Part shown: positions 18,946-27,430 of the stretch, piece after piece
Layout: each line of letters opens with the position of its first letter
How positions within the stretch are numbered: the first letter of the stretch is position 1
Assembly (NCBI GenBank): GCA_012960465.1
Contig: DUBF01000166.1
Location: 5,284-69,283 of the forward strand
Length of the DNA stretch: 64,000 nt
Source: Rhodospirillales bacterium
GTDB taxonomy: Bacteria > Pseudomonadota > Alphaproteobacteria > Rhodospirillales > UBA2165
Direction: 5' to 3'
Notes under the pieces: generated by a model
Databases searched by the model: none
What the model saw: the letters and a program-made list of their open reading frames with translations, nothing else
What the model was told of the DNA's origin: nothing
Translations under genes and position numbers: made by a program

Positions 18946-20589
18946 GTGAGTTACTGTATTTTGGTGAAGAGGAATAATAGCAACTGTAATAGGCTAGAAG
19001 TAAATGGTGCGTTAAATCAACATACTAAAACACGATCTCATATTTCTCCTATTACCCGCCGAATATTAGCGATTAATATTTTAGCCCTAGCTTTATTGGG
19101 GGTAGGGCTTCTTTATGTTGGGCAATACCGTAAGGGGTTAATTGATGGCGAAATCGCGGCACTAAATATACAGGCAGAACTTTTTGCAACTGCTTTAGGT
19201 GAAGTTGCTGTTGGTAATAATGATTCTAACCAGACCTTAGTCGTAGAAGGTGCTCATCAAATAGTGCGACGAATGATTGCCACAACAGGAACTGTTGCTC
19301 AGCTTATTATGCCAAATGGTGACTTGCTAATTGATAGTCGTTTATTCCGGGGACCAAGCGGCAATGTACAAGTTAAAGAACTTCCCCCACCAAAATTGAA
19401 AAGTACTATAGCGGATAAGGTAACTAACCAATTTAGAAATCTTCTACGCAAGCTTTTGCCGGATATAAAAAAGGTTGCTGATTTATCTGTTGCAAAAAAT
19501 ATTGCGCTAAAAGGTGATCTGGGTATCGCGATAAAGACACTTGCTGATGGTAAACTAAGTTTAAGTGTTGCCGTTCCCGTCCAACGTTATAAAAAAGTAT
19601 TAGCTGCGTTATTATTGACAAAAGATGGTAGCAAAATTGATGAGGCTGTCTTTCAGGTACGGCTCGATATTTTAAAGGTATTTAGCGTAGTATTGTTGGT
19701 GACAATATTACTGTCCATATATCTTGCTGGCTCTATTGCGCGTCCGCTTAAGAGGCTAGCAATTGCTACCGAAGATATCCGGAAAGGTAAATCACGACAT
19801 TATGCTATTGCTGATATTCTTATCCGTAAAGATGAGATAGGTGAACTCGGTAATATGTTAAACGATATGACTGAAGCATTATGGAGGCGGATGGAGGCGA
19901 TAGAACGTTTTGCGGCCGATGTAGCCCATGAAATCAAGAACCCATTAACCTCTTTAAAGAGTGCTGTTGAAACAGTGGTAAACATAGACAACCCTGAACA
20001 ACAGAAAAAGCTTATGACGGTTATAATAGATGATATTGAGCGGTTGGATCGATTGATTTCCGATATATCTGATGCATCGCGCTTAGATGCTGAATTGTCG
20101 CGGATAAAAATGATACCCGTCAAACTCGACTTGTTATTAGATACGTTAATTGAAATTTATGATGCAACTGTTGATAATAAAGGTGTTCAGTTTAAATTTA
20201 GTAATAAAGTTGATGGTCCGATCGTGATTCGAGGTATTGAGGACCGCATAGTACAGGTATTCAGAAATTTGATTAGTAATGCGATTAGTTTTAGCCCAGA
20301 CAATGGAATTATTTGGCTGAGAATTAGGTGCGAGAATGAAATAGTAAAAATTTACGTTGAAGATCAAGGGCCGGGGTTACAACCGGGTACGGAAGAAAGT
20401 GTCTTCAATCGATTTTATCGAGAACGCCCGGATAGTGAAAAATTTGGAATTCATTCAGGTTTAGGATTAAGTATATCTCAGCAGATTATTATGGCTCACG
20501 GAGGAAATATTTCAGCTAAGAATTTACAAGACAACGCTGGCAAAAGCTTGGGAGCCTGCTTTACTGTTGAATTGCCGAAAGTTGAATAA
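18946..20589 (+). CDS. chvG: Sensor histidine kinase ChvG
   Basis: Two TM segments flank a periplasmic domain. HAMP region, H-box FAADVAHEIKNPLTSL, N/G boxes (FRNLISNAISFS, DQGPGL, GLGLSISQQII). GTG at 18946 abuts the chvI stop. TTG 18961 or GTG 18964 are alternative starts. Confidence 0.85.
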   Translation: MSYCILVKRNNSNCNRLEVNGALNQHTKTRSHISPITRRILAINILALALLGVGLLYVGQYRKGLIDGEIAALNIQAELFATALGEVAVGNNDSNQTLVVEGAHQIVRRMIATTGTVAQLIMPNGDLLIDSRLFRGPSGNVQVKELPPPKLKSTIADKVTNQFRNLLRKLLPDIKKVADLSVAKNIALKGDLGIAIKTLADGKLSLSVAVPVQRYKKVLAALLLTKDGSKIDEAVFQVRLDILKVFSVVLLVTILLSIYLAGSIARPLKRLAIATEDIRKGKSRHYAIADILIRKDEIGELGNMLNDMTEALWRRMEAIERFAADVAHEIKNPLTSLKSAVETVVNIDNPEQQKKLMTVIIDDIERLDRLISDISDASRLDAELSRIKMIPVKLDLLLDTLIEIYDATVDNKGVQFKFSNKVDGPIVIRGIEDRIVQVFRNLISNAISFSPDNGIIWLRIRCENEIVKIYVEDQGPGLQPGTEESVFNRFYRERPDSEKFGIHSGLGLSISQQIIMAHGGNISAKNLQDNAGKSLGACFTVELPKVE

Positions 20590-20599
20590 TTTGAAGATT

Positions 20600-21034
20600 A
20601 TGGATCAATTTCACGCAACAGCTGTCGCCTATTATGGTTTTGGGATTTTAATCCGAGGACCTTCAGGTAGCGGAAAGTCAGATCTGGCACTGCGTTTGAT
20701 TGACGACGATGCAGACTTAATTGCCGACGATCGGGTAGTTATAAAAGTCGTGGGAAAAGAACTTCGACTATCACCGCCGGAAAGTATTTCTGGTTTAATT
20801 GAAGTCAGGGGTATAGGGGTAGTAAAAATTAAAACTGTTCGAGATATTCCGCTTTGTTTAGTTGTTGAGTTAGAACTTAGCAACCAGACAAAACGTATGC
20901 CTGAAATAAAGGAAGAGACAATCAAAGATATTTCTATACCAATTATTGGTATAAATGCTTTTGAAAGTTCGTCTCTGGCAAAAATAAAAATAGTTTTGCG
21001 TTACTTAGATAAAAAAATCGAATTAATTTCATAA
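20600..21034 (+). CDS. hprK: Short (N-terminally truncated, alphaproteobacterial-type) HPr kinase/phosphorylase
   Basis: P-loop GPSGSGKSDLALRLI and signature LIEVRGIGVV. 144 aa from the ATG at 20600. The ORF opens at 20567 inside chvG. Confidence 0.85.
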   Translation: MDQFHATAVAYYGFGILIRGPSGSGKSDLALRLIDDDADLIADDRVVIKVVGKELRLSPPESISGLIEVRGIGVVKIKTVRDIPLCLVVELELSNQTKRMPEIKEETIKDISIPIIGINAFESSSLAKIKIVLRYLDKKIELIS

Positions 21035-21289
21035 CTTCTCTATAATAAGGGACTAGCATTTTTTGGAAAAATAAGTGTCTGCTCGGTTCTTTGACAGTAA
21101 TGTTCAGGTATCACCGTATTTAATTTGGTTTGGAAAACGGACGTAAAAGATAAAATAGACTTTTGGGTTATACGGGTGGATGTTCTAGGTTGTTTCTAGA
21201 GGCTGAAAAATTAATGAAGTAGTTTGACAAATAATTTCTTCAAGGGCAAAAATTTGTATTGTATAATCGAGTGAGGACGGGTCTATAAT

Positions 21290-21700
21290 ATGATTGGTTT
21301 GGTTCTGGTAACACATGGCCATTTGGCAGATGAGCTCATTAGCGCAATGGAGCATGTTGTAGGCCCCCAAGATAAAGTAGAGGCTGTATGTATAGGGGCA
21401 GATGACGATATTGAGCAGCGTCGTTCTGATATTATTAGTGCGGTGAAAACCGTGAGTACAAAAGATGGAGTTGTTTTAGTGACCGATATGTTCGGGGGCA
21501 CACCATCTAATTTGGCAATTTCAATTATGGGGAAATCTAAGTTAGAGGTGATTTCTGGTGTTAATTTGCCGATGCTGGTTAAATTTGCAAGTTGTCGTGA
21601 CAAGGAGAATCTTGAAGAGTGCGTCATTAAAATCCAAGAATCAGGTAAAAAATATATAAACATTGCTTCCAGACTAATCAAAGCTAATAAACGTAGATAG
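21290..21700 (+). CDS. PTS EIIA component, mannose/fructose family (regulatory PTS)
   Basis: MIGLVLVTHGHLADEL contains the phosphorylatable His of EIIA-Man, and TDMFGGTPSN is family-typical. Confidence 0.85.
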   Translation: MIGLVLVTHGHLADELISAMEHVVGPQDKVEAVCIGADDDIEQRRSDIISAVKTVSTKDGVVLVTDMFGGTPSNLAISIMGKSKLEVISGVNLPMLVKFASCRDKENLEECVIKIQESGKKYINIASRLIKANKRR

Positions 21701-21704
21701 GATA

Positions 21705-21971
21705 TTGAAAACCGTTTCCCTTAAAATTTGTAATCAACGCGGTTTGCATGCTCGCGCCGCTGCCAAGTTTGTTAAACTTGTGGCTGAATTTAGCGCTGAT
21801 GTATCTGTATCTAAAGATGGTCAAAAAGTCACAGGCAATTCAATCTTGGGTTTGATGATGCTTGCCGCCGCTATGGACGATGCGATCGAAGTGAGTGTTT
21901 CCGGCGCTGATGAGATAGTTGCAATCAAGGCTATTACTGAGTTGATAGAGAACAAATTTGAAGAAAATTGA
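21705..21971 (+). CDS. ptsH: HPr-family phosphocarrier protein
   Basis: TTG start. NQRGLHARAAAKFV carries His-15 and KVTGNSILGLMML carries Ser-46. 88 aa. Confidence 0.85.
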   Translation: MKTVSLKICNQRGLHARAAAKFVKLVAEFSADVSVSKDGQKVTGNSILGLMMLAAAMDDAIEVSVSGADEIVAIKAITELIENKFEEN

Positions 21972-22099
21972 ATTCAAAAAGATGAACTAACAGATCAATG
22001 TTATTCCTTATATCTTATTACTTGAATAGTATTTCCTAGCCTGATACCACCGCCAATAACCAATTAATCTATATGCTTACTATTTGTGGAGAAGAATAA

Positions 22100-23386
22100 A
22101 TGACTGATTATAAAGTCGCTGATATGGCCCTTGCCGATTGGGGTCGTAAAGAAATTACTATTGCTGAAACTGAAATGCCTGGGTTAATGGCTTTGCGTGA
22201 CGAATACGTGGGTAAAAATCCACTTAAGGGTGCCCGTATCGTTGGTTGTTTACATATGACTATACAAACCGCCGTATTAATGGAAACGCTGATAAGTCTT
22301 GGGGCAGAATTACGATGGTCCTCTTGTAATATTTTCTCAACTCAAGATCATGCTGCAGCGGCAATGGCTGAGGTTGGCATCCCGACATTCGCATGGAAGG
22401 GGGAGACAGATGAAGAATTTTGGTGGTGTATCGACCAAACTATTAAAGGGCCAGATGGTTGGTTTCCGAATATGATATTGGATGATGGGGGCGATTTAAC
22501 CCTCGTGATGCATGAAAAAACCCCTGAGCTTTTAAACGCCGTTAAAGGCCTTTCTGAAGAGACGACCACTGGTGTTCATCGTCTCTATGAAATGGAAAAA
22601 AGCGGCACATTGAAAGTACCTGCTTTTAACGTCAATGATTCTGTAACAAAGTCAAAATTTGATAATTTGTATGGCTGTCGTGAAAGTTTAGTTGATGGTA
22701 TTAAACGTGCCACCGATGTCATGATAGCTGGTAAATGTGCAGTTGTTGCAGGGTATGGTGATGTTGGCAAAGGTTCGGCTGCGTCACTCCGCAGTCAAGG
22801 TGCCCGTGTGTTGGTAACCGAAATTGACCCCATATGTGCGCTGCAAGCTTCTATGGAAGGGTATGAGGTTGTCACTATGGATGAGGCCGCATCGATTGGG
22901 GATATTTTTGTTACGACGACGGGCAATATTGATATTATTACAATTGACCACATGCGTGATATGAAAGATCGCGCCATTGTCTCTAATATTGGACACTTTG
23001 ATTCAGAAATTCAAGTTAGTTCGCTTCGTAATTTAAAATGGTATAACGTTAAACCTCAAGTTGACGAAATAGAATTTCCCGATGGCAAGCGTATTATCTT
23101 GTTAGCTGAAGGTCGTCTTGTTAATCTGGGATGTGCGACAGGTCATCCAAGCTTTGTTATGTCAGCCTCTTTTACTAATCAGGTATTAGCTCAAATAGAG
23201 CTTTGGAATAATTCGGATTCTTATGAAAACAAGGTTTATGTTCTGCCAAAGAACTTAGACGAAAAAGTAGCTTTTCTGCATCTTGAAAAATTAAATGTTA
23301 AGTTAACCGAGTTGACCAAAGAGCAAGCTGATTATATTAGCGTATCTCCGGCCGGACCCTTTAAGCCAGACCATTATCGTTATTAA
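22100..23386 (+). CDS. ahcY: Adenosylhomocysteinase
   Basis: 428 aa. [19 protein letters not shown]-binding [19 protein letters not shown] and C-terminal FKPDHYRY. Confidence 0.97.
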   Translation: MTDYKVADMALADWGRKEITIAETEMPGLMALRDEYVGKNPLKGARIVGCLHMTIQTAVLMETLISLGAELRWSSCNIFSTQDHAAAAMAEVGIPTFAWKGETDEEFWWCIDQTIKGPDGWFPNMILDDGGDLTLVMHEKTPELLNAVKGLSEETTTGVHRLYEMEKSGTLKVPAFNVNDSVTKSKFDNLYGCRESLVDGIKRATDVMIAGKCAVVAGYGDVGKGSAASLRSQGARVLVTEIDPICALQASMEGYEVVTMDEAASIGDIFVTTTGNIDIITIDHMRDMKDRAIVSNIGHFDSEIQVSSLRNLKWYNVKPQVDEIEFPDGKRIILLAEGRLVNLGCATGHPSFVMSASFTNQVLAQIELWNNSDSYENKVYVLPKNLDEKVAFLHLEKLNVKLTELTKEQADYISVSPAGPFKPDHYRY

Positions 23387-23555
23387 GAAGGCTAATCGGA
23401 GCGATAAAATATATTAAAAAATATAATAAGATGTTTTGTTTGATTTAACTAGATTACCCTAAAAGTTGGTTGAATTTGGTCTTGATGTTTTTTTTGGCAA
23501 AATTATTAGGTTCACAGTCTCAATTCTTGATGAAATCTGCAGACTCGCCTAAGAT

Positions 23556-25091
23556 TTGTCTGTGGTTATGACAGATAAAAAAAATATTATTCTATCTTTG
23601 ATAGAGCCCTTGCCAATTGCCGTGGCAGTCATAAGCGTTAACGCTCAGGGAAAAGTGTGTCTGGGCCCCGGTAATGCAGAATTTTTCAAGCTTTGGCATC
23701 TGAATGCGGACTATCTGGATAAACAACCGGTGCTCGTCTCTTTTTTAGAATATCTCCGTGATAATCAATTTTTACCTGAACAAACCAACTTTGCAAAATT
23801 TCGCGCACATATAGGCAAGCTTGCTGTTTCTGACACTATATCTTTTGAAGAATGGCATTTGCCCGATGGATCAACTTTTACTGTTAAATTTGCCCCGTTA
23901 GACGGAGAACGGCATCTTTTTATCGTCGGAGATTTAACACCGCGACTTACCATTGCGCGAGCATTTAATGAGTTTGTTCAAATTCACGAGATGATCGTTA
24001 ATAGCCTGCAAGAAGGTATAGCAGTTTTTGGCGGCAATGGTTATTTGAGACTCCATAATCCCGCCTTTGCTTTAATTTGGGAGATCCCAGAAGATTCGCT
24101 TTCTAATAGTCTTCACATGACAGATTTTCTCGATGCGACACGAAAAGTACTGCCGGTTATGAAAAATTGGCCAGAGCAAAGAGTTAGATTGTCTGGACGA
24201 TTACTAGGCCGTAAATCTGGCGTCAAAACTATAAAATGCAATAATGGTATTATTTTAGAAGGCGCCCATATTCCATTACCAGACGGTGCAGTGTTGCTGC
24301 GTTATGCTGATATTAGTGATGGTGTTAATTTAGAGCATACGCTAAAAGTACGTGCTTTAGAAATGACAGAGCGTGCCGAGCTTCTGGCGGGAGCGGACCG
24401 CTTGAAGTCAAGATTTCTGGCTAATCTAAGCCATGAAATCCATACGCCTTTAATGTCTATCCGCGGCTTCGCCGAACTTCTGGCAGAAAATTATTTTGGT
24501 ACTTTGAACCAGCGTCAGCAAGAATATGCAGATGGTATTAGCAATGCATCTGATACTCTTTCAGGATTGATCAGCGATATAATGGATCTTTCAGCAGTTG
24601 AGGCAGGTTTGTTGGAATGTAATATTGAAAGATTTGATCTGCACAATAGCCTAGCTGATATATTACGATTGGTGAAAGAAAAGGCTCGTCAGAAAAAACT
24701 TAAGCTAGAATTTGATTGTCCGATTGATATTGGTTGGATTAATACTGATAAAAAACGCTTCAAACAATGTCTTCTACATTTGCTTAGTAATGCGATAACT
24801 TACAGTGGTTCAGGCGGTGTAGTGTTAATATCTGCACATCGAAGTCTTGAGGGTGTTAGTATCGATATTCGGGATACAGGTATTGGTATTCCTAAAGTTG
24901 ATTTAGAGCGCGTTCTCAAAGGGTTTGAACGCGGTAAATCAAGTGATTCGATAAAAAAAGGTGCCGGTCTTGGATTAACTCTCGTTTGCGCCTTATTTGA
25001 ACAGCAAGGTGGAAAAGTTGAAATTAAGTCAAAACTTAATCAGGGTACTACCGTTAGTTTATTTTTGCCTGAAATCGAAAGTTTAAATTAA
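23556..25091 (+). CDS. PAS-domain sensor histidine kinase (cytoplasmic)
   Basis: H-box FLANLSHEIHTPLMSIRGFAELL, N-box LLSNAITYS, G-boxes DTGIGI and GAGLGLTL. The N-terminal ~270 aa are PAS-like and have no TM segment. ATG at 23568 is an alternative start. Confidence 0.85.
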   Translation: MSVVMTDKKNIILSLIEPLPIAVAVISVNAQGKVCLGPGNAEFFKLWHLNADYLDKQPVLVSFLEYLRDNQFLPEQTNFAKFRAHIGKLAVSDTISFEEWHLPDGSTFTVKFAPLDGERHLFIVGDLTPRLTIARAFNEFVQIHEMIVNSLQEGIAVFGGNGYLRLHNPAFALIWEIPEDSLSNSLHMTDFLDATRKVLPVMKNWPEQRVRLSGRLLGRKSGVKTIKCNNGIILEGAHIPLPDGAVLLRYADISDGVNLEHTLKVRALEMTERAELLAGADRLKSRFLANLSHEIHTPLMSIRGFAELLAENYFGTLNQRQQEYADGISNASDTLSGLISDIMDLSAVEAGLLECNIERFDLHNSLADILRLVKEKARQKKLKLEFDCPIDIGWINTDKKRFKQCLLHLLSNAITYSGSGGVVLISAHRSLEGVSIDIRDTGIGIPKVDLERVLKGFERGKSSDSIKKGAGLGLTLVCALFEQQGGKVEIKSKLNQGTTVSLFLPEIESLN

Positions 25092-25142
25092 CTAGTATAA
25101 AAATCTCTTTTATAGCCGGTTTAGAATACGTAAAACTAGTGA

Positions 25143-25619
25143 ATGAGTGATTATCAGAGAAAATATCAATTCACCCTTAAAAATGAGTCTGCGACTTGCA
25201 TACTAGCATCTCAACTTGCTGGACTTACTGAACCTAGAGACATAATAGGGCTCGTGGGGGACTTGGGTGTGGGAAAGACAGCTTTTGCCCGTGCTTTTAT
25301 TACAGCAAGGGGTGGTGATAGTGAGGTGCCAAGTCCTACTTTTACACTCGTTCAAGTTTATGAATGTTCTAGTATTAACGTTTATCATTTTGATCTTTAT
25401 AGAATTGAAGAACCTGAAGAAATTTTTGAACTCGGTATTGAGGACGCATTTGCGGAAGGGATATCATTAATCGAATGGCCTGATCGGATGGACACTTACA
25501 TACCCTCCGAGCGTCTAGATATTATTTTTTCCAGTGGTTTAGACGAAAATGCACGGGAGGTTATTTTAGTCGGCTATGGAGATAGTTGGATTAACAGGCT
25601 GGCTAAGGTATTTGTGTAA
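25143..25619 (+). CDS. tsaE: tRNA t6A37 biosynthesis ATPase TsaE (YjeE)
   Basis: P-loop LVGDLGVGKTAFARAF, SPTFTLVQVY, HFDLYR and EW motifs. Confidence 0.9.
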   Translation: MSDYQRKYQFTLKNESATCILASQLAGLTEPRDIIGLVGDLGVGKTAFARAFITARGGDSEVPSPTFTLVQVYECSSINVYHFDLYRIEEPEEIFELGIEDAFAEGISLIEWPDRMDTYIPSERLDIIFSSGLDENAREVILVGYGDSWINRLAKVFV

Positions 25620-26623
25620 TGGCGGCGAGATCTCTCTCAATTGATGGTTTTTTAATACGGGCTGGATGGATAGATGCAGAGCGCGTTTTACTCGCTGGTG
25701 ATGCGTCTTTCAGGCGGTACGAGCGTATCAAAATTAACGATAAAACAGCTGTATTAATGGACGCCCCCCCACCTGAGGAAGATGCTCGCCCTTTTATCAA
25801 GATTACCGAACATTTAATAGAGCTAGGTTATTCTGTCCCCCATATTTTTGCTCAAGATATTGATTCTGGTTTTTTGTTATTGGAAGATCTTGGGGATGAA
25901 ACCTTCACCAATTCTTTAGCGGTAGGAGTTGATGAAAAACAGCTTTATCAAAGTGCTACAGATGTATTGATAGATTTACATGGACGAGAGCTATCTGAAG
26001 TGCTACCCGATGACTTGGAAAACTATGATGATGAAAAATTATTTGCTGAAGCAGTTCTTTTTGTTGACTGGTATATGACAGGAATTTTTGGCAAAACATT
26101 TTCAGATCACGTAAGAAGCGATTTTTTAAATATTTGGTATAATTTACTCTCAGAAATTAGTTTTGATCATGAAACGTTGGTTTTGAGAGATTTCCATGCT
26201 GATAATTTAATGTGGTTACCCAATAGGGAAGGCATTCGCAAATGTGGGTTGCTGGATTATCAGGATGCTGTCAGGGGTCTTCCCGCCTATGACCTTATGT
26301 CCCTACTCGAGGACGCGCGTCGTGATCTGAAGCCTGGCATGGCTGGCGATCTTCTTGATTATTATTATACCTCATTACCTAAGTTTGATCGAAGTCAATT
26401 CAATAAAGTTTATGCTGTATTATCAGCTCAGCGTCATTGTAAAGTTATTGGGATATTTTCCAGATTGGCTATAAGAGATAGAAAATATAACTATTTAGCA
26501 CACATTCCGCGGTGCTGGAGCCTATTGGAGCGAGTTTGTTGTTTTCCTGAGTTAAAAATTCTAGATGATTGGTTGAATGCGCATATTCCACCACAAAAGC
26601 GTACCAGCCATTCACTGCAATAA
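25619..26623 (+). CDS. amgK: Aminoglycoside-phosphotransferase-fold sugar kinase (AmgK-like MurNAc/GlcNAc anomeric kinase)
   Basis: APH-fold catalytic loop LRDFHADNLMW and LLDYQDA. Its ATG overlaps the tsaE stop (TAATG). It is followed by the murU-like gene, the known amgK-murU pairing. Confidence 0.7.
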   Translation: MAARSLSIDGFLIRAGWIDAERVLLAGDASFRRYERIKINDKTAVLMDAPPPEEDARPFIKITEHLIELGYSVPHIFAQDIDSGFLLLEDLGDETFTNSLAVGVDEKQLYQSATDVLIDLHGRELSEVLPDDLENYDDEKLFAEAVLFVDWYMTGIFGKTFSDHVRSDFLNIWYNLLSEISFDHETLVLRDFHADNLMWLPNREGIRKCGLLDYQDAVRGLPAYDLMSLLEDARRDLKPGMAGDLLDYYYTSLPKFDRSQFNKVYAVLSAQRHCKVIGIFSRLAIRDRKYNYLAHIPRCWSLLERVCCFPELKILDDWLNAHIPPQKRTSHSLQ

Positions 26624-26638
26624 AGGTCTTTAAGACTA

Positions 26639-27412
26639 GTGATTAATGGATCTAAAGATAAATTAAATACTGGCCCTAAGTTTGGTCCAAAAAAAGCCAT
26701 GGTACTTGCTGCGGGTTTGGGTCAGCGGTTACGCCCGATTACGAATAACTTACCAAAGCCACTGATTAAAATAGCAAATCGCACCTTGTTAGACCATACC
26801 CTAGATCACTTAGTGGCTGCGGGTGTTGAATGTGCAGTTGTGAACATTCACTATTTAGCAGACCAAATAAAACAGCACCTGACTAGTCGCAATGATTTGG
26901 AAATTATAATTTCTTCCGAAGAATCTAATTTGTTAGAAACGGGTGGTGGTGTGAAAAAAGTCTTAGAAATATTTAGTAATGAGCCGTTCTATATTTCAAA
27001 TGCGGATGTATTTTGGTTGGATGGTCCGACAAAAGCTCTAGGACGTGTCATTGAGCAGTGGAATGACGCTAAAATGGATGCTTTATTGATGCTACATTCC
27101 ACGGTGGAGGCTTATGGTTATAGTGGCAATGGTGATTTTGAGGTCGATGCAAATGGTAAGCTTTCCCGACGGCTAGAGAGAGAAATAACACCTTATCTTT
27201 TTACTGGTCTTCAGATTATTCACCCACGTATTTTTAAAGGTACTCCTGAAGGTAAATTTTCGTTAAATGTTATTTATGACAGAGCTATTGAAGTCGGCCG
27301 TCTTTATGGAATTGTCCATGATGGTGAATGGTTTCACATAGGAACGCCAGATGGGCTCGCTGAAGCTGAATCTTATATGGGGCAGCGATTTTCAGGTAAA
27401 CGACATCGTTAA
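26639..27412 (+). CDS. murU: Sugar-1-phosphate nucleotidyltransferase (MurU-like MurNAc-1-P uridylyltransferase)
   Basis: AMVLAAGLGQRLRPITNNLPKPL nucleotidyltransferase signature. ATG at 26699 is an alternative start to GTG at 26639. Confidence 0.7.
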   Translation: MINGSKDKLNTGPKFGPKKAMVLAAGLGQRLRPITNNLPKPLIKIANRTLLDHTLDHLVAAGVECAVVNIHYLADQIKQHLTSRNDLEIIISSEESNLLETGGGVKKVLEIFSNEPFYISNADVFWLDGPTKALGRVIEQWNDAKMDALLMLHSTVEAYGYSGNGDFEVDANGKLSRRLEREITPYLFTGLQIIHPRIFKGTPEGKFSLNVIYDRAIEVGRLYGIVHDGEWFHIGTPDGLAEAESYMGQRFSGKRHR

Positions 27413-27430
27413 TTTTGGAGATAATCTAGA

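Noticed and set aside
21972-22099. Possible SAH riboswitch upstream of ahcY
   Set aside because: The 128-nt leader is AT-rich and has none of the GC-rich pseudoknot or conserved core segments I associate with SAH riboswitches.
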